Assembly: GCF_027887165.1 (NCBI RefSeq)
Contig: NC_077230.1
Location: 289,206,949 to 289,270,948 of the forward strand
DNA length: 64,000 nucleotides
Direction of reading: 5' to 3'
DNA from: Monodelphis domestica
Lineage: Eukaryota
The notes beneath the pieces were generated by a model. That model was not told the origin of the DNA and ran no database searches. It saw only the letters and a list, made by a program, of their open reading frames with translations. Position 1 is the first letter of the stretch. Each line of letters starts with the position of its first letter. Below, in pieces: positions 50,392-63,020 of this stretch. The translations under genes and the position numbers were made by a program.

Positions 50392-50524
50392 GTCTCAAAG
50401 GAAAAGAGAATGTACTACAACTGGTTGCCACATTTCTGGTGCTACAGCTCATTCGAATTAAACTGGAGCTAGAAGGGATAGCAGTCAAGTCCCTGATGAA
50501 ATTAGATGACTTAACTACTTACAG
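50392..50524 (+). CDS. PARP4: PARP4 exon encoding (G)LKGKENVLQLVATFLVLQLIRIKLELEGIAVKSLMKLDDLTTY(R), MVP-interaction region
   Basis: Acceptor ttttag|gt and donor ag|gtatgg. The phase fits both neighbouring exons. Matches human 'VKGRECLLDLIATMLVLQFIRTRLEKEGIVFKSLMKMDDPSISR'. Confidence 0.88.
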
Positions 50525-52394
50525 GTATGGTTTAAACAGAATTGAGTAATCAGTTGACCAACAGACATATACTAAATGCCTACTATGGGTCAAGAATGCT
50601 GCTAGTTGCTAGAAAAAACAAATATAAAGAATGAAACAATTGCTTCTTTCAAGAAGCAAGTCAATTTTATAATTAAACATTGATTAAAAAAAGCTTTCAG
50701 AAACTCTCCTTTAATTCCAAGTATCTAAATATCTCTGATAGAGAGGGATTTCTCATTTTCTCATATCTCCTGGAAGATATGTATTGTGACCATTGTTGAC
50801 CAAAGTAATGGTTGGGAGAAGTAATGCACTATAGGTGTAAGGGGTAAAAAAATATAGGTCAAGGTACATTTGTCCCCATCCTTTCCTCCTCCTGACACCT
50901 CTGTACTAAAAGACCTCTGAAAGACTTTCCAGATATAAATTTATGATATGATGGTTTGTCGAGAATAGAAGATTTTGAATTAGTGGTTGTGTTTCTACCC
51001 CTCCACTTCTAGCCACTCTATTCTTACTCTTTTCCACACTTCTAATCATAACACTATATTTAAGTATTATAAAATTTAAATAAGACTAGCAAGCTACATC
51101 TGTCTAGCTCATAGAATTTAGTGCAGTGCTAATTAATCACAAATAATCATCCTCTTTTCTTCCTCCCTGCTGTAAGGCCTTGAATGGTCTCCATTTGATG
51201 TAACTACTTCCTTATCTCCTATGCTCTCCTCAACCCCCTTATAATTTGGCTTCTGGTAAAAACCATTCTATAGAATCTACTTTGTCAAAAGGTATCATTG
51301 CCTTACTAATTGCCAAGTCCGGTGACCGTTTTTTAGTCCACATCCTTTTTGACCTCTTTGAATGACTAGTTGGCGCTCAATAAAAACATTTTAAGGAAAA
51401 AAAATCTGAATTATGTAATATTTTAAAACAATCAGGTGTATTGCTTTCAAGGACATGCAGCAGATGTAGTAAAAATGATTAAGTCAAGAAACATTGGCAA
51501 GTAGAGATCTTTTGGAAATGTGTTTCAATAAATGATTGGGAATTGGCACATACTATTGCACCATTACATGTACTATGCAAATGAGTGCTTGTACAGTCCT
51601 TGGAATCAATTTATCTCCTTAAGTAGGTGAAACATTTTTCTTATGTCTTATGTTATTGATTTAGCATGGTATTAGTTTAAAAAGTTCTAGATTTGACATA
51701 AGGAGAGACCTGTGTTAAAATGCTATCTCTCATAACTTATTGTTCTTTAGGACCATGAACAAGTCACGGAACCCTTCACAGGGTTATTTTAAGAATCGAT
51801 TGTGATGATGTGTGTAAAAGCAAAAGCAATTATATTAAAGCAGTATAGAAACAGAATATTGTAAAGTATAATCATTGTTTAAGAGTGTGCCCTTTTTAGA
51901 TTTCAGCAAAGTTTTAAGTCATAAATAATAAATAGTAAGGATAGAGATGGTAAGATGGAAGAGTGAAGCCTTTTCAAGTGCAAATAAAAAGTTTTACCCC
52001 TTCTAAGGTAAGGTACCCCTTCCAATTTGAGGTCAATTGCACATGAAAAGGACAGAATTGACAATGAACCCAGAACCAGAGAAGCTGGGGAGCTATCTTT
52101 CCCCCAGTCACTTATTTGTCTAGATTCAGGAATTTGGGAAACATCTATATGTGAGGGTTACCTTCAGGTGGAGCTAAGTCCTTTACCAAGGCTAGAGCAG
52201 GAAGAATTGTCAAACAGAAGCAGCTGCCCTGTGCCACCTCCTGACTGAGAGATGAAACCAAACTGAGGAACTGAAGCCCCAAAAGAGTAGAACCAGAATG
52301 GCTTCAGCCAGCAGCACTCTAGCTACAGAACACAGTAGCACCCAGGCAAGCCTTAGGCTGGGGACGCTAGAAACGAGTGCTGCCTATCAAAAAG

Positions 52395-52580
52395 TGAGCC
52401 TTGGTGGTACAGCTAAGTGGCTCAATGGATAGAGAGTCAGACGTGAAGATGGGAGGACCTGGGTTCAAATCTGACCTCAGATAACTTCCTAGCTGTGTGA
52501 CTCTGGGAAAGTCATTTTGCCTAGCCCTTACCACCCTTCTACCTTAGAAACAATAATATTGATTCTAAAATGGGAGGTAA
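52395..52580 (+). mobile_element. tRNA-derived/MIR-like SINE, immediately upstream of the hAT-like element
   Basis: 'ggtggtacagctaagtggctcaatggatagagagtcagacgtgaagatgggaggacctgggttcaaatctgacctcagataacttcctagctgtgtgactctgggaaagtcattttgcc'. Confidence 0.65.
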
Positions 52581-52659
52581 AAGTTTTTTGTTTTTTTTTT
52601 AAGTGACCCTAGGGGGTTTATTATATTGGCTCATCCAACAGAGATGCTATACCCTATGA

Positions 52660-53095
52660 CAGTGATGGTGAACCTTTTAGAGATGAAGTACTGGGCCCTG
52701 CCCCCCTCCAGACCAGGTCCTGTGCCCCTCTCCCACTATAAGTGCCAGGCATACCCCCCCTTACCCCACAGATGGGCTACTGGGTGGAGGGGCGGGTGAA
52801 ATAAGGAATGTTCTCAGCAAGTGTAGAGAGAGGGAGGGATTAGCCCCATCTCTCTGCTCCCTTCTAGCTCTGCTAGCTGTGAGCTGCCCACCTTACCCCT
52901 GTGTACTCCCATTGGCTGCTGGGCAGAGGAGTGGGGAATGTGAAAAAATGTCATCAGGCTCAGTGGAGAGGGAGAGGGAGAGGGGAGCAACTCTGCCTGA
53001 GTCCCTAGTAACCAACTCTGGGGGAAGGAGGAGCATTGCTCATGCCCACAGAGAGTGCCATCTTTGGCACCTGTGCGATAGGTTCACCATCACTG
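52660..53095 (+). mobile_element. Non-autonomous hAT-like DNA transposon (MITE), copy 2, 436 bp, with a perfect 15-bp terminal inverted repeat and an 8-bp target-site duplication
   Basis: The 5' terminus 'CAGTGATGGTGAACC' is the exact reverse complement of the 3' terminus 'ggttcaccatcactg'. The element is flanked by the direct repeat 'ccctatga' at 52652-52659 and 53096-53103. No coding capacity. Confidence 0.7.
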
Positions 53096-55800
53096 CCCTA
53101 TGAGGTGTAAGCCCCTCTGAGATCACTATGCAACTGAATTTCTGTGCCTTGGGGGAAGTCTTCTCCATCACCCATACCACATCCTTCAGTGACCTTCATG
53201 AGGCCTGAAGAGAAGGAGCATCATGCCCTGCATTTCCTGAATTCTGAATTGACCACAAGTGCCTTAATGCTATTGTACTTTAAGTCTGACTCTACTCTCT
53301 CCACCCCAGAATTCTGTATGTATTTGTGGGAGAGGTTGCTCCAGGTTTGAGAGTAAAGGAAGAAAATGCTCTGTAATTACTATTCTTGCTATGCCTAACT
53401 ATGCCTCCACCATTTTATATTTTTGGAGTTGAATTTTTGTTCCTAAGAGCAAGACTTTATATTTATCTTTATTGAATTTCATCAGCTAGATTCAGCCCAA
53501 TATTCTAGCCCTGTCAGGTTCCTTTTAGATCCTAATTATGTTATCCATTGTGTCAATTATTCTTCCCAGCTTTATGTCATCTACAAATTTGATGAGCACA
53601 CCATTTCTACCTTTATCTATGCCAAGTCATTGATAGAAATGTCAGACATCAGAGGCCAGACATAGTAGAGTACTCCACTAAAAACCACTAACAACTAACT
53701 CTGAGTCAGGCTGTGTGAGCAGATCTCAATCCTCTGATTATATTAATTTCTAGTCCCATGTTCTCCACAAAAATAGTATCAGAAGTGGTGCTAAAAATGT
53801 AGTAATTCTGTCAAGAAAGAAAATTAGGTCAACCTGCATGACTTGTTCTAGATGAAGCCATGCTGTTCTCTATAATTCCCTTTCTAAATGTTCACCGATT
53901 GTTCCATTCTATAATTTTCCCAGGATAGATGTCAAACTTGTTGGCCTAGAGTTTGTGGAGTGTTGGCATTACTTTTTGGAAAATCAGACTAATTGCCCTT
54001 TTCTGATCTTGTGCTACCTCTTCTATTTCCTGTGTTCTTTTGAATATTCCAGTGGCTCAATAATCATATCTACTAGTTCTTTTAGGACCCAAAGATGTAG
54101 TTTATCTGAGCCAGCTGACTTGAATTCACCAAATGCAGCTAGGTGCTCTCTTATTATAACCTTATTTATCTTTTGAAATGTACTTATTTCATGATTTACC
54201 AAAGCCTCTCCATACTTAGCCAGGTAGGTTCTCAGAAAACATAGTCTGTTCTTGGACAACATACCAGACCTTTCCAGCATGATGGAACCAAACAGAACTT
54301 AGCTTTGCTGGCATAAATTTCAAGAATCCTGGTTTCAGCTCTATTCTACAATGAAGCACTAAGTAGGACTTTGTGGAGATTGAACAGTACAAAACAATGC
54401 CAAAAGAAAAAAAAGTAAAGTATAGAATAGAAAAATTTAATATTTTTAAATTCTTATGACATGAAGTCTTGCTCAAAGCAAAGCAAAACTTTCAATACAA
54501 TTTGTATCCAAGCCTACTCTTTAAGGAAATCCTCGGTACTCTTCACTGTTCTCTTCTAAACACAATGTTATTAGACATTCCATTCTTTATATTAGGAAGG
54601 CAGTAGAATAAAACACAAATAATCCTTTCTTATTGTTTTAGGCAACCAAAATCAGGGTGAACTTTTAAAATATCTTCTTAGAGATTTTGAGCATTGTTTT
54701 TAGGGAAATGTTTTCTACTTTTCAAAATCACGACTCTTAATTACCAAATACTTAGTAGTGACTAATATATACCTAGCTATGAAAAATACAAAAATACAAA
54801 GAAAAAATGGTATAAGCTAGGAACATTGCCTTCATAATAATTAGCACTTACAGTTTTAAGGTCTGTAAAGTGCTTTGCAAATATCACAACAACCCAGGGA
54901 GATAAGTATTATTATTATCCTCATTCTACAAAAGAGGAAACTTGGGCAAAAAGAGATAAAATCACTTGCCTAGTAAGTGTCTAAAATAGGATTTGAACTC
55001 AGAACCTCCTGACTTCAGCTCTAACACTTTATTGCAACACCAAGCTGCTTCTATTCATTTGCAGGTAGGGAGACAGAGTTAACAGACGAAATAGCTCATA
55101 ATAATAATAATAATATATTTCCATAATACTTTTAAGTTTGTAAAGTATTTAGCAGACATTTCTCACAACAATATTGTGAGGTACATGATGCAGACTTTAC
55201 CCCTATTTATAGATGAAATTGACACTTGAGAGATTAAGTGCTTACCCCAGTCATATAGCTAACAATTCTCTGAGGCTGGATTTGAATACAGCTCTATGAC
55301 TGCAGATGTAGCACATTACCAATAACCATATTTCCTCTCTAGTAAACCATCTTTAAATGTTAGCTTGTTATTTTAGTTTGAATTACAGTGTGAATTTAGG
55401 TAAAGGAGGAAGTCAATATAGGCTCGAACATTCTGGGAAAGATTAACAGAGAAGGTATTTTTTGAGTTTTGGCCTTGAGTTATTTGAAATGGGTAGGATA
55501 TGAGGAAAGGAAAAGATCTTGGAAGGGTGCTCTGGGCAATGATAATAGATATAGGAATAAGAAGGACTATGCTAGGAATAAGACCTAAACGTGCAAGCAT
55601 CTTTGTTATTAGGAAAGGATATGAAAAATAGGCAAAAGAATTTGGTTATTTGCTTGGAAATAGTACTTTCAACTAGATGTTTTTGTTAAATGTATAAACA
55701 GTATTCCTAATGCTTTCATTTCATATGCTTTCTTGTAAGCCATAAGCCTGGCTTCATGTATAGCCAGATATAAAGGTCTAACAGTCCCATTTATTCTTAG

Positions 55801-56002
55801 ATCCTGTGCCATATCTTGGAGTTTTGATGCAGTAAAAAAAGCAGTGGAGTGGGTAAGAAGAACAGAAGCACAATATCCATCTCTTTGCTCTCGGCTGGAG
55901 TTGGGCAAAGACTGGGACTCTTCCACCAAGCAGTTGTTGGGAATTCAGCCAATAAGCACCAGATCTCCTCTTTACAAAGTGCTTAATTGTAGTCAAGACT
56001 AA
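55801..56002 (+). CDS. PARP4: PARP4 terminal coding exon: (R)SCAISWSFDAVKKAVEWVRRTEAQYPSLCSRLELGKDWDSSTKQLLGIQPISTRSPLYKVLNCSQD, stop TAA at 56000-56002; the 3'UTR follows
   Basis: Acceptor ttattcttag|a. Matches the human C-terminus '...AIKQASEWVRRTEGQYPSICPRLELGNDWDSATKQLLGLQPISTVSPLHRVLHYSQG*'. Confidence 0.85.
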
Positions 56003-58411
56003 AGTTTGTCAAATTGTATTTGAAGCTTTTTCTTGTTTGGGTATATAAAGTACAGTTATTGAATAGAAAATTACTAAAATGTAATATGTTATATTCAGCT
56101 CACAAGACAGTCATTTGAAAATCATGTAACTTTATAATAAGCACATGCTATCTGTTGGCAACAAAAGAGGAATAATTATGATATAGAAAATTTAGTGTTT
56201 AACTCACTTTGATATTTTGATGGGATTAATTCTTTGATTTGAGTGCTTAACTGCTTAATTTTAACTAACAAACATTTGTAAAATTCGTTAAGTTTATCTA
56301 AAGGAAATCATTGTTTACTGAGTTAGAAAAGGGATAGTGAATATGTCATACTTAGGATTAAGATCTCAAAAATAAAAAATGTTCACTCTATAGAAATGTA
56401 GAAATTCAATTATTATAATCAACTCAACATTTGAAATAATCTATTCTTTCAGAATTCTTCTGTACTTCCATATGATTTAATTTTTGTTTCCCACTAAGTT
56501 ATTGAGTTGTGATGCAGTAAGCACTAAAAAATTATCATTCCCATTTTACAGAAAAGGAAACTGAAATACAGAGAAGGTGAGTGACTTGTACTAACAAGTG
56601 GCAGAATTAGGAGTTCAACCCATGTCTTCTGTAGTCAAATAATGCCTTATGTTCAAAAGTTAACCCCCACCCCAACAAACCACAACTCTCAACAAAAATA
56701 AGTAAACATACACATAAAGAAAAAGTAAAATTAATGTGTTTTTTTTTAATGAGCCACAAGCATTTAACAAGGTAGCAGTAAGTAAATGAACAAATCTTTT
56801 TTTTAAGCTCTTTTTTTTTTGTATCCACTAAGTCTACCTGAAGTTCTACTTCCTCTGGCCTTATTTTCTTTTTTTTATGCTATTGTAGTCATTTCATGTA
56901 CAGTTTGATTCTGCTGCTCTGGCTTTGGCATAATGGATAAAGAGTCTATGTCAGAAGTAGATCTGGAAAACTTGAGTTTATGGGACGATCAAATGTAACT
57001 GACTGCTACTAAAAGTAGCATAAAGATCCAGGACAACTCTGAGGGACTTATGAGAAAGAATGCTATCCACAGCTAGAGAAAGAACTGTGGGAATAGAAAT
57101 TCAGAAGAAAACATATGATTTATCACTTGTTTATATGGGTATAGGATTTGGGATTTTTGTTTTGTTTTGTTTTTTGAAAATTGTATTTAATTAGATGATT
57201 TAGAATATTTTTCCGTGGTTACAAGTCTCGTGTTCTTTCCCTCCCCGCCCAGGGATTTTGATTTTAAGAGATTACTCTATTACAAAAATGAATAATATGG
57301 AAATAGGATTTGAGTGATTATATATATATAATCTGGTGAAACTGCTTGTCAGCTCCAGGAGTGGGAAGAGAATAGGGGAGAGAAATAATAAGAAACATGA
57401 ACCATGGAAGAAAATTTAAAAATAAAATAAAATAAATTTTAAAATACTTTATTGCTAAAATAAATTCCAACCATCTTCTGAGTCTTCATTAAATTGTAAT
57501 TGTTTTGCTGATTGGAGGATCTTGTCTTAATGTTGATGGCTATTGAATGATCCATGTGAGGGCCTAATTTTTCACTTATCTCAGCTTTAGACAAGTCTTC
57601 CTCACTTAGCTTATCATTTCTAGCTTTTGATGTAAAGTAAGAGTCATGTGACTCTTCCTTTCACTTATTGTAGGGTAATTAATTGCCCTAATTTCAATAT
57701 TTTGGTCCTCTGCTTCTTCCCATTTAACTCCTTCAATAAACCTTTAAACACACTGTGGGTATCCTTGTTTCTTTTCTATTAGCACAATATCATTATGATG
57801 AATATTTTTTAGCCAGTCTGAAAGAAAACAAAGAGGCAAAGCTCCAAAGCAAATAAGTTTATTGAGAGAGATGGGGTTCCTCAGCAAATCTGGGTCATTA
57901 GACTTCCTTTCACCTAAAACCCTTGAATGAGGGTTTTCCATCTGTTATATCTCCTAACACTTCCTCATGCTAGACTTCTAGGGGACAGGTCATAGGGCCC
58001 AAGGCCATTCTCTACCCCACCCCACCCCTCTTCCCTCAGACAGGCCCTAGATGTGAAAGACCTATGTCTTAGAGGATAAGTATATATATAAAACCACTTG
58101 TATAGTGGTTTTACTTATAGCACCTGTTCAGAGATCATCACCCATAGGTCTTTCCCTGGGAGGACACTCAAAGGGCATAGCCTTCACATCTTTCACTTAG
58201 AGAGTGTATAGTGGGCATTGCCTCCCACAAATGAGTCACACCTTCCACTCTGGATACACTGGCCTTCTGCTTATGTGGAGTCACAACCTATTGCAACATG
58301 CTGGTTTATAGAAAATTACAGTATAAAAAAAGAAGTAGCTAAATATACTGTATTAGTGTAATAGCTAATGCCTTAGTTTTCACTTATAACCCTATAAAGT
58401 AATTATAATTC

Positions 58412-58425
<14 letters not shown>

Positions 58426-58456
<31 letters not shown>
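58426..58456. repeat. (TA)n microsatellite
   Basis: Read directly from the sequence. Confidence 0.9.
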
Positions 58457-58458
<2 letters not shown>

Positions 58459-59639
58459 ATGGGACTTCTGCTTTTGGGGGTTTCTTTCAAGAGGTGATTA
58501 ATGGTTTCTTTCTATTTTTACTTCCAATGTATCTGGGTAGTTTTCATTTCCGGTTTCTTGAACTATGTCTAGGTTTGTTTGTCTGTTTGATTTGTGGGGG
58601 GTTATGGTTTTCAGGGAATCTAGTGAGTCTTATTCCTTGACTTGTCTTCTAGATTGGTTTTTATTATCAGCTCTCTTACCTTTCCTTTGACATTTTTTCA
58701 GTTTATTTTGTTCTCATATTTCTTCCTATTTCATGCAATCATTAATTTCTGTTTAGTCTTTCCTAGTTTTCAGGCATCTGCTACTTGGGTAAGGCATACT
58801 ACTTTCTCTTCTAAGATATTTATTCTCTTTCCAATTCTTTCCTCAAGAGCTTTGGCTTTTTTTTTTTAATCTCTTGCTTGCTTCATCTCTTCTAGATATA
58901 CATGTATTCCTTGTGAATAGCCCATTATTTTTTTCTTTTGAGCTGCTCACAGTTGCTAGCTACTTGTTCCTTCCTTTAAGGAATCTTTAGGTTTGCAATA
59001 ATTTTTTGTACTAGTTAATGTTTTCTTTGTTTTACCTTTATACCTTTAGTTCCTGAATTATGGCTTTGTTCCAGGACCAGGTTTGTCTGTCTGTTTTGGG
59101 GTAGGATGGTTGGCCCTGTTTGTTGACCCTGAGTATCCTGATTTCCTGCACTGATCTCTACCTCTTAGACGTTGGACCTTTATGATCTTTGAGGTTCAGT
59201 ATGCTGGATCTTCAGTGCCCTCTTTGACATCTCTGGACAGTGTTAGCAACATCAGAACCATGGAATATCTTGGTCTGAGCTTTGATTGCACTGGTCACAG
59301 CTACTTCCTACATTCCAAAGCATCCATCCTGGAGCTATCTGAGCAATGTGGGGATGGACAGGGAATTTTCTGAAGGGTACCCTTTGTTCTTACTACTCTG
59401 GAACTAGATTGACCCCTTTGTTTTTGCAGTATACACGTATCTTTGTTCACTATACCACTGAGGAGGCAATAGGTTTCTTTGCCTTCCCTTGCTCTGGCTT
59501 TGCTAAGTGCCATAGTTTAGTAAGAACATTGATGAGCTGGAGATTATCTAAAGGAAGGCAATCAAAGTGGTGGTTGAATTCATGCTAACTATAAGTCAGT
59601 TGAAGAAACTGTGAATTAATTTAGTCTGGAGACATATAA

Positions 59640-59835
59640 ATGGTACAGTGGATAGAGTCTGGGCCTAGAGTTGGGAAGATGAATTCAAATCAAGCCTCAG
59701 ACTCCAGCAAGTCATTTAAACTGGCTGCATTAGTTTCCTCAGTTGTTAATAATAGTACCTCCCTTTTGGAGTTGTGAGGATTAAATGAGATACTTATAAA
59801 GTGGTTAGCATAGCCCCTGGCACATGGTAGGCCCT
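59640..59835 (+). mobile_element. MIR SINE
   Basis: 'ggtacagtggatagagtctgggcctagagttgggaagatgaattcaaatcaagcctcagac...gttgtgaggattaaatgagatacttataaagtggttagcatagcccctggcacatggtaggc'. Confidence 0.65.
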
Positions 59836-60970
59836 TTATTCAGGGATGTAATACTTGTCATAAAATATCTAAAGATTTGTCATGTGGAAGAAAAATGAAA
59901 CCTGTTCTGTTTGGTCCTAGGATGTAGAGTTGAAAGGCAATGGGTAAAAGTTGCAAATGTAGCAAATTTAAGCTTCATGTCAGAAGAAGGGAAAAAAACA
60001 AAACCTCTTACGAAGACTATCCAAAAATGAAATGGGCTGTTTTGGGACACCATGGGTTTCTTCTTACTTGAGAACTTTAAGCAAATGTTGGATGATAACT
60101 TACTTGCCAACTCTAATTTAAAGCTTTTTCCCCCTCAGGGACCAATTGAACTAGATAGCCACTGAGAAACCTCCTTGAAAATTCTGTAATGCTATAAAAT
60201 AATTATTTTCATTAAAGTAATTATTGCATTTATATTTTTATGGACATTTCCAACTATTGAATCTTATTAACATCTTAACCTGAGATTTTTTTAGGTACAC
60301 TCAGTTCCTTCTTAATTTCATTTCCTCCTTGAATTCCTTCAGTATGCCCATGAAATAGTTCTTTTTTCAGATTAGGATTTTCAAAATAGAGTAAATTGCT
60401 CATAATTCTCCTATCCAATTAAATTCCTAGTTTTGGTAGTAGATGTATGTCCAAAAGAGTAATTCTGTGGCAAATTCGTTTCAATGCCAGGGAACAAAGA
60501 AGAAAGCCCACAACAACAACAACAAAATTTATGTATCCAAACAATCATAGAGGATATTCTTTACAGCAATATGGAGTGTTAAAGCAAGAGATGACTTAAC
60601 CCTCTAAATCTTCACCCATCACAATGTAGGGGAACAGGATAGCACCTCACAAAGATATTCCAATTGTACAGGAAAGGTCTTATCACTTGACTTTCCATAG
60701 TCAATTTCTCTCACTTTCTGGCAGTCTAAAGCAAGGACTGGTGGGGAAACAAGACTTTTTCCGTTGCCTCTGCTCCCCAATGTGATATAACTCTTATTTC
60801 TATTGAGGTAGTTTCTAGACTAAGCCATGAGGTAGGTGAAGTGAATTATTTGATTAATATGTACTTAAGGACTTCTTTTCAGTACTTTTATGTTGAGGTG
60901 TCTTGAATCTGTGAAATGGCAAGCAAGGAAAGGGCCAAAGCTACAATACCACTGCCTCCAATATAATATT

Positions 60971-61036
60971 ACATATATATATATATATATGTATATATAT
61001 ATGTGTATATATACATATATATACACACACACACAA
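60971..61036. repeat. Compound (TA)n/(TATG)n/(CA)n microsatellite
   Basis: Read directly from the sequence. It causes the 'YIYMYIYMCIYTYIYTHT' ORF artefact. Confidence 0.9.
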
Positions 61037-61764
61037 AATACATTTTATTATATCTTTTGTTCTAGCTTCTTTTCTGCTGTTATTGTCAAGTATATTTTTA
61101 TCCTGCCTGAACCATCTCCCCTTCTCTTAATGAAGAGTATTTTCTCACTGTGTCAGATTCCTTTTGTTTATTTTTTGGAGCATTTTTTCCCTAAAATCTT
61201 TTTTTAAAAGTTTCAGAGAATTTTATTCCTTTTTGGAATTTGTTGATGTGCTTAATGATATCAAGATACTAGAATCTTAAATGAGATAAGTTGGAAAATG
61301 TTTTGCAAATCTTAAAGCCCTCAGTACATGCTATTGTTATTATCATCTTCCTGGAAGTTCTTGTCATTTAACTAACTGTGATATTCATGCATTTACTTTG
61401 TACTGCCTTTATTTGAGTCCTACTCCAAGTACTCAGAGGTCATGGAGTTCTCAAAGGCTATGCTTGCAGTGCCTAGATATGGCAGGTCTTACCAACTGGA
61501 ATGACTCTCATTCCAGTCCTACCAAAAGCTCTTTCCTACAACTCTTTGTGCTTCATACATTTATCTTATTTTGTAGGGGGAAGTAGTATAATTCCCATGT
61601 AGATTTTGTACATCTACATGGATTTGTCTAGGTACATCCAGCCTTCTCAAAGGGATATTTTGATTCTTGCCTTGAGCAGAAGCAGGGGTTGGTCATTCTG
61701 CTCTCCTTAGAGAAAGATTATTAGGTTGGAATTAAATCTGCACTCTTAAGTGTAAGGACAGCAA

Positions 61765-61925
61765 AGTGGTATAGTGAATAGAGCCCTCAGCTTGGAACTG
61801 GGAAGCTTCATCTTCATGAGTTCAAATCCAGATTCAGACACTAGCTGTGTGACCCTAGTTAAGTCTCTTAACCCTGTTTGCCTCAGTTTCTCATCTCTAA
61901 AATGAACTGGAGAAGTGTTTTTCCA
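61765..61925 (+). mobile_element. MIR-type SINE
   Basis: 'gtggtatagtgaatagagccctcagcttggaactgggaag...gagttcaaatccagattcagacactagctgtgtgaccctagttaagtctcttaaccctgtttgcctcagtttctcatctctaaaatgaactggag'. Confidence 0.65.
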
Positions 61926-62439
61926 AAAAAAAAAAAACCCAAATGGTGAGTAACAAAGAGTAACAACTAAACAACTCTTAAGTGTAGGGAAAATACTTTT
62001 AGATTCAAATTGAGTTCTTGAGCACTATGGCAGAGGAATGCTCCAAACTAAATTTCCAGAGCTCGACTCCCTTCCCACCAAAAGCCAGTTTTACAAAGAA
62101 TACATTTAGCAAATGAAAAATCAACCTATTCATCAAAATCAATAGCAAATGGAAACCAGAAAAGTTGTGCAAATGAAAACACACTAGACAATACACAAAG
62201 TAAAGGAGCTCTTTTATTGGGAGCAAGTTATTTTAGCACAACCCAAAAAGTTCCAGTTCTTATCCAAGAGAAATTCCCCTAAGCCTCTACTGTAGCAAGA
62301 TGGGTATAGGGATGTAATTGGGTTGCTGATTTCTCTACATGTCAGCTTCTTTCTAGAGTCTTAATATTCCTTTAGGAATAGGAAGAGAATCTGGAATCAA
62401 TGTACCTTCTTCCTAGAAGCTAGAATCCAGAAGATCAAA

Positions 62440-62800
62440 TTATCTTTTCACTAACTGAAAGGGAACTAGGCCAATGAACCAGGTGTAGATAAGCACCCTT
62501 CCTAGGCCAACGAACCTTGTGTGATAACCGCATTGACCTCTCCACCCTGTGTGATAGCCACATTGACCTCTCCACCCTGTGTGATAGCCACATTGACCTC
62601 TCCACCCTGTGTGATAACCATATTGACCCTCAGTAAGCTCCATGGTCAGCCCCAAGGGTATATAAGCCTGCCTTAAAAATTGCTTCGAGGAGGAACTCCC
62701 TTTGGGCTCCTCCCTGCGCGTGTGAAGTGTGTTACAATAAACTACCTCTCTGTGCAGATTGCCTCGTCTGTTCTGTTCCTTTGGACCCCTAAACGGACCC
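62440..62800 (+). other. LTR-like module (speculative): the 31-bp tandem repeats, then a TATA box 'gggtatataagcc', then 'caataaac' about 75 bp further
   Basis: The motifs occur in U3-R order. A related 'ccccaaagggtatatagga' motif recurs at 63875-63893 near the window end. Confidence 0.25.
62514..62632. repeat. 31-bp minisatellite, about 3.8 copies (ccctgtgtgatagccacattgacctctccac)
   Basis: Near-perfect tandem copies. It produces the repetitive 'GYHTGWRGQC' ORF artefact. Confidence 0.9.
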
Positions 62801-62916
62801 TAACATAACAAGCTTTAGCCAACTCCACTCCTCACTCAGGCCTGAAGCATTGAGAAATCAAATCATACCAATGAGGAGAATCTTCTACAAATAGTTTTGA
62901 TTCACAGAATGAAGAT

Positions 62917-62999
<83 letters not shown>

Positions 63000-63020
63000 G
63001 GATAGATAAACAGATAGATA
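62917..63020. repeat. (GATA)n microsatellite
   Basis: About 24 units read directly. It causes the 'YLSIYLSI' ORF artefacts. Confidence 0.95.

Noticed and set aside
55669-55996. Minus-strand ORFs overlapping the PARP4 terminal exon
   Set aside because: These are antisense artefacts of an open coding region. The + strand reading matches the PARP4 C-terminus.
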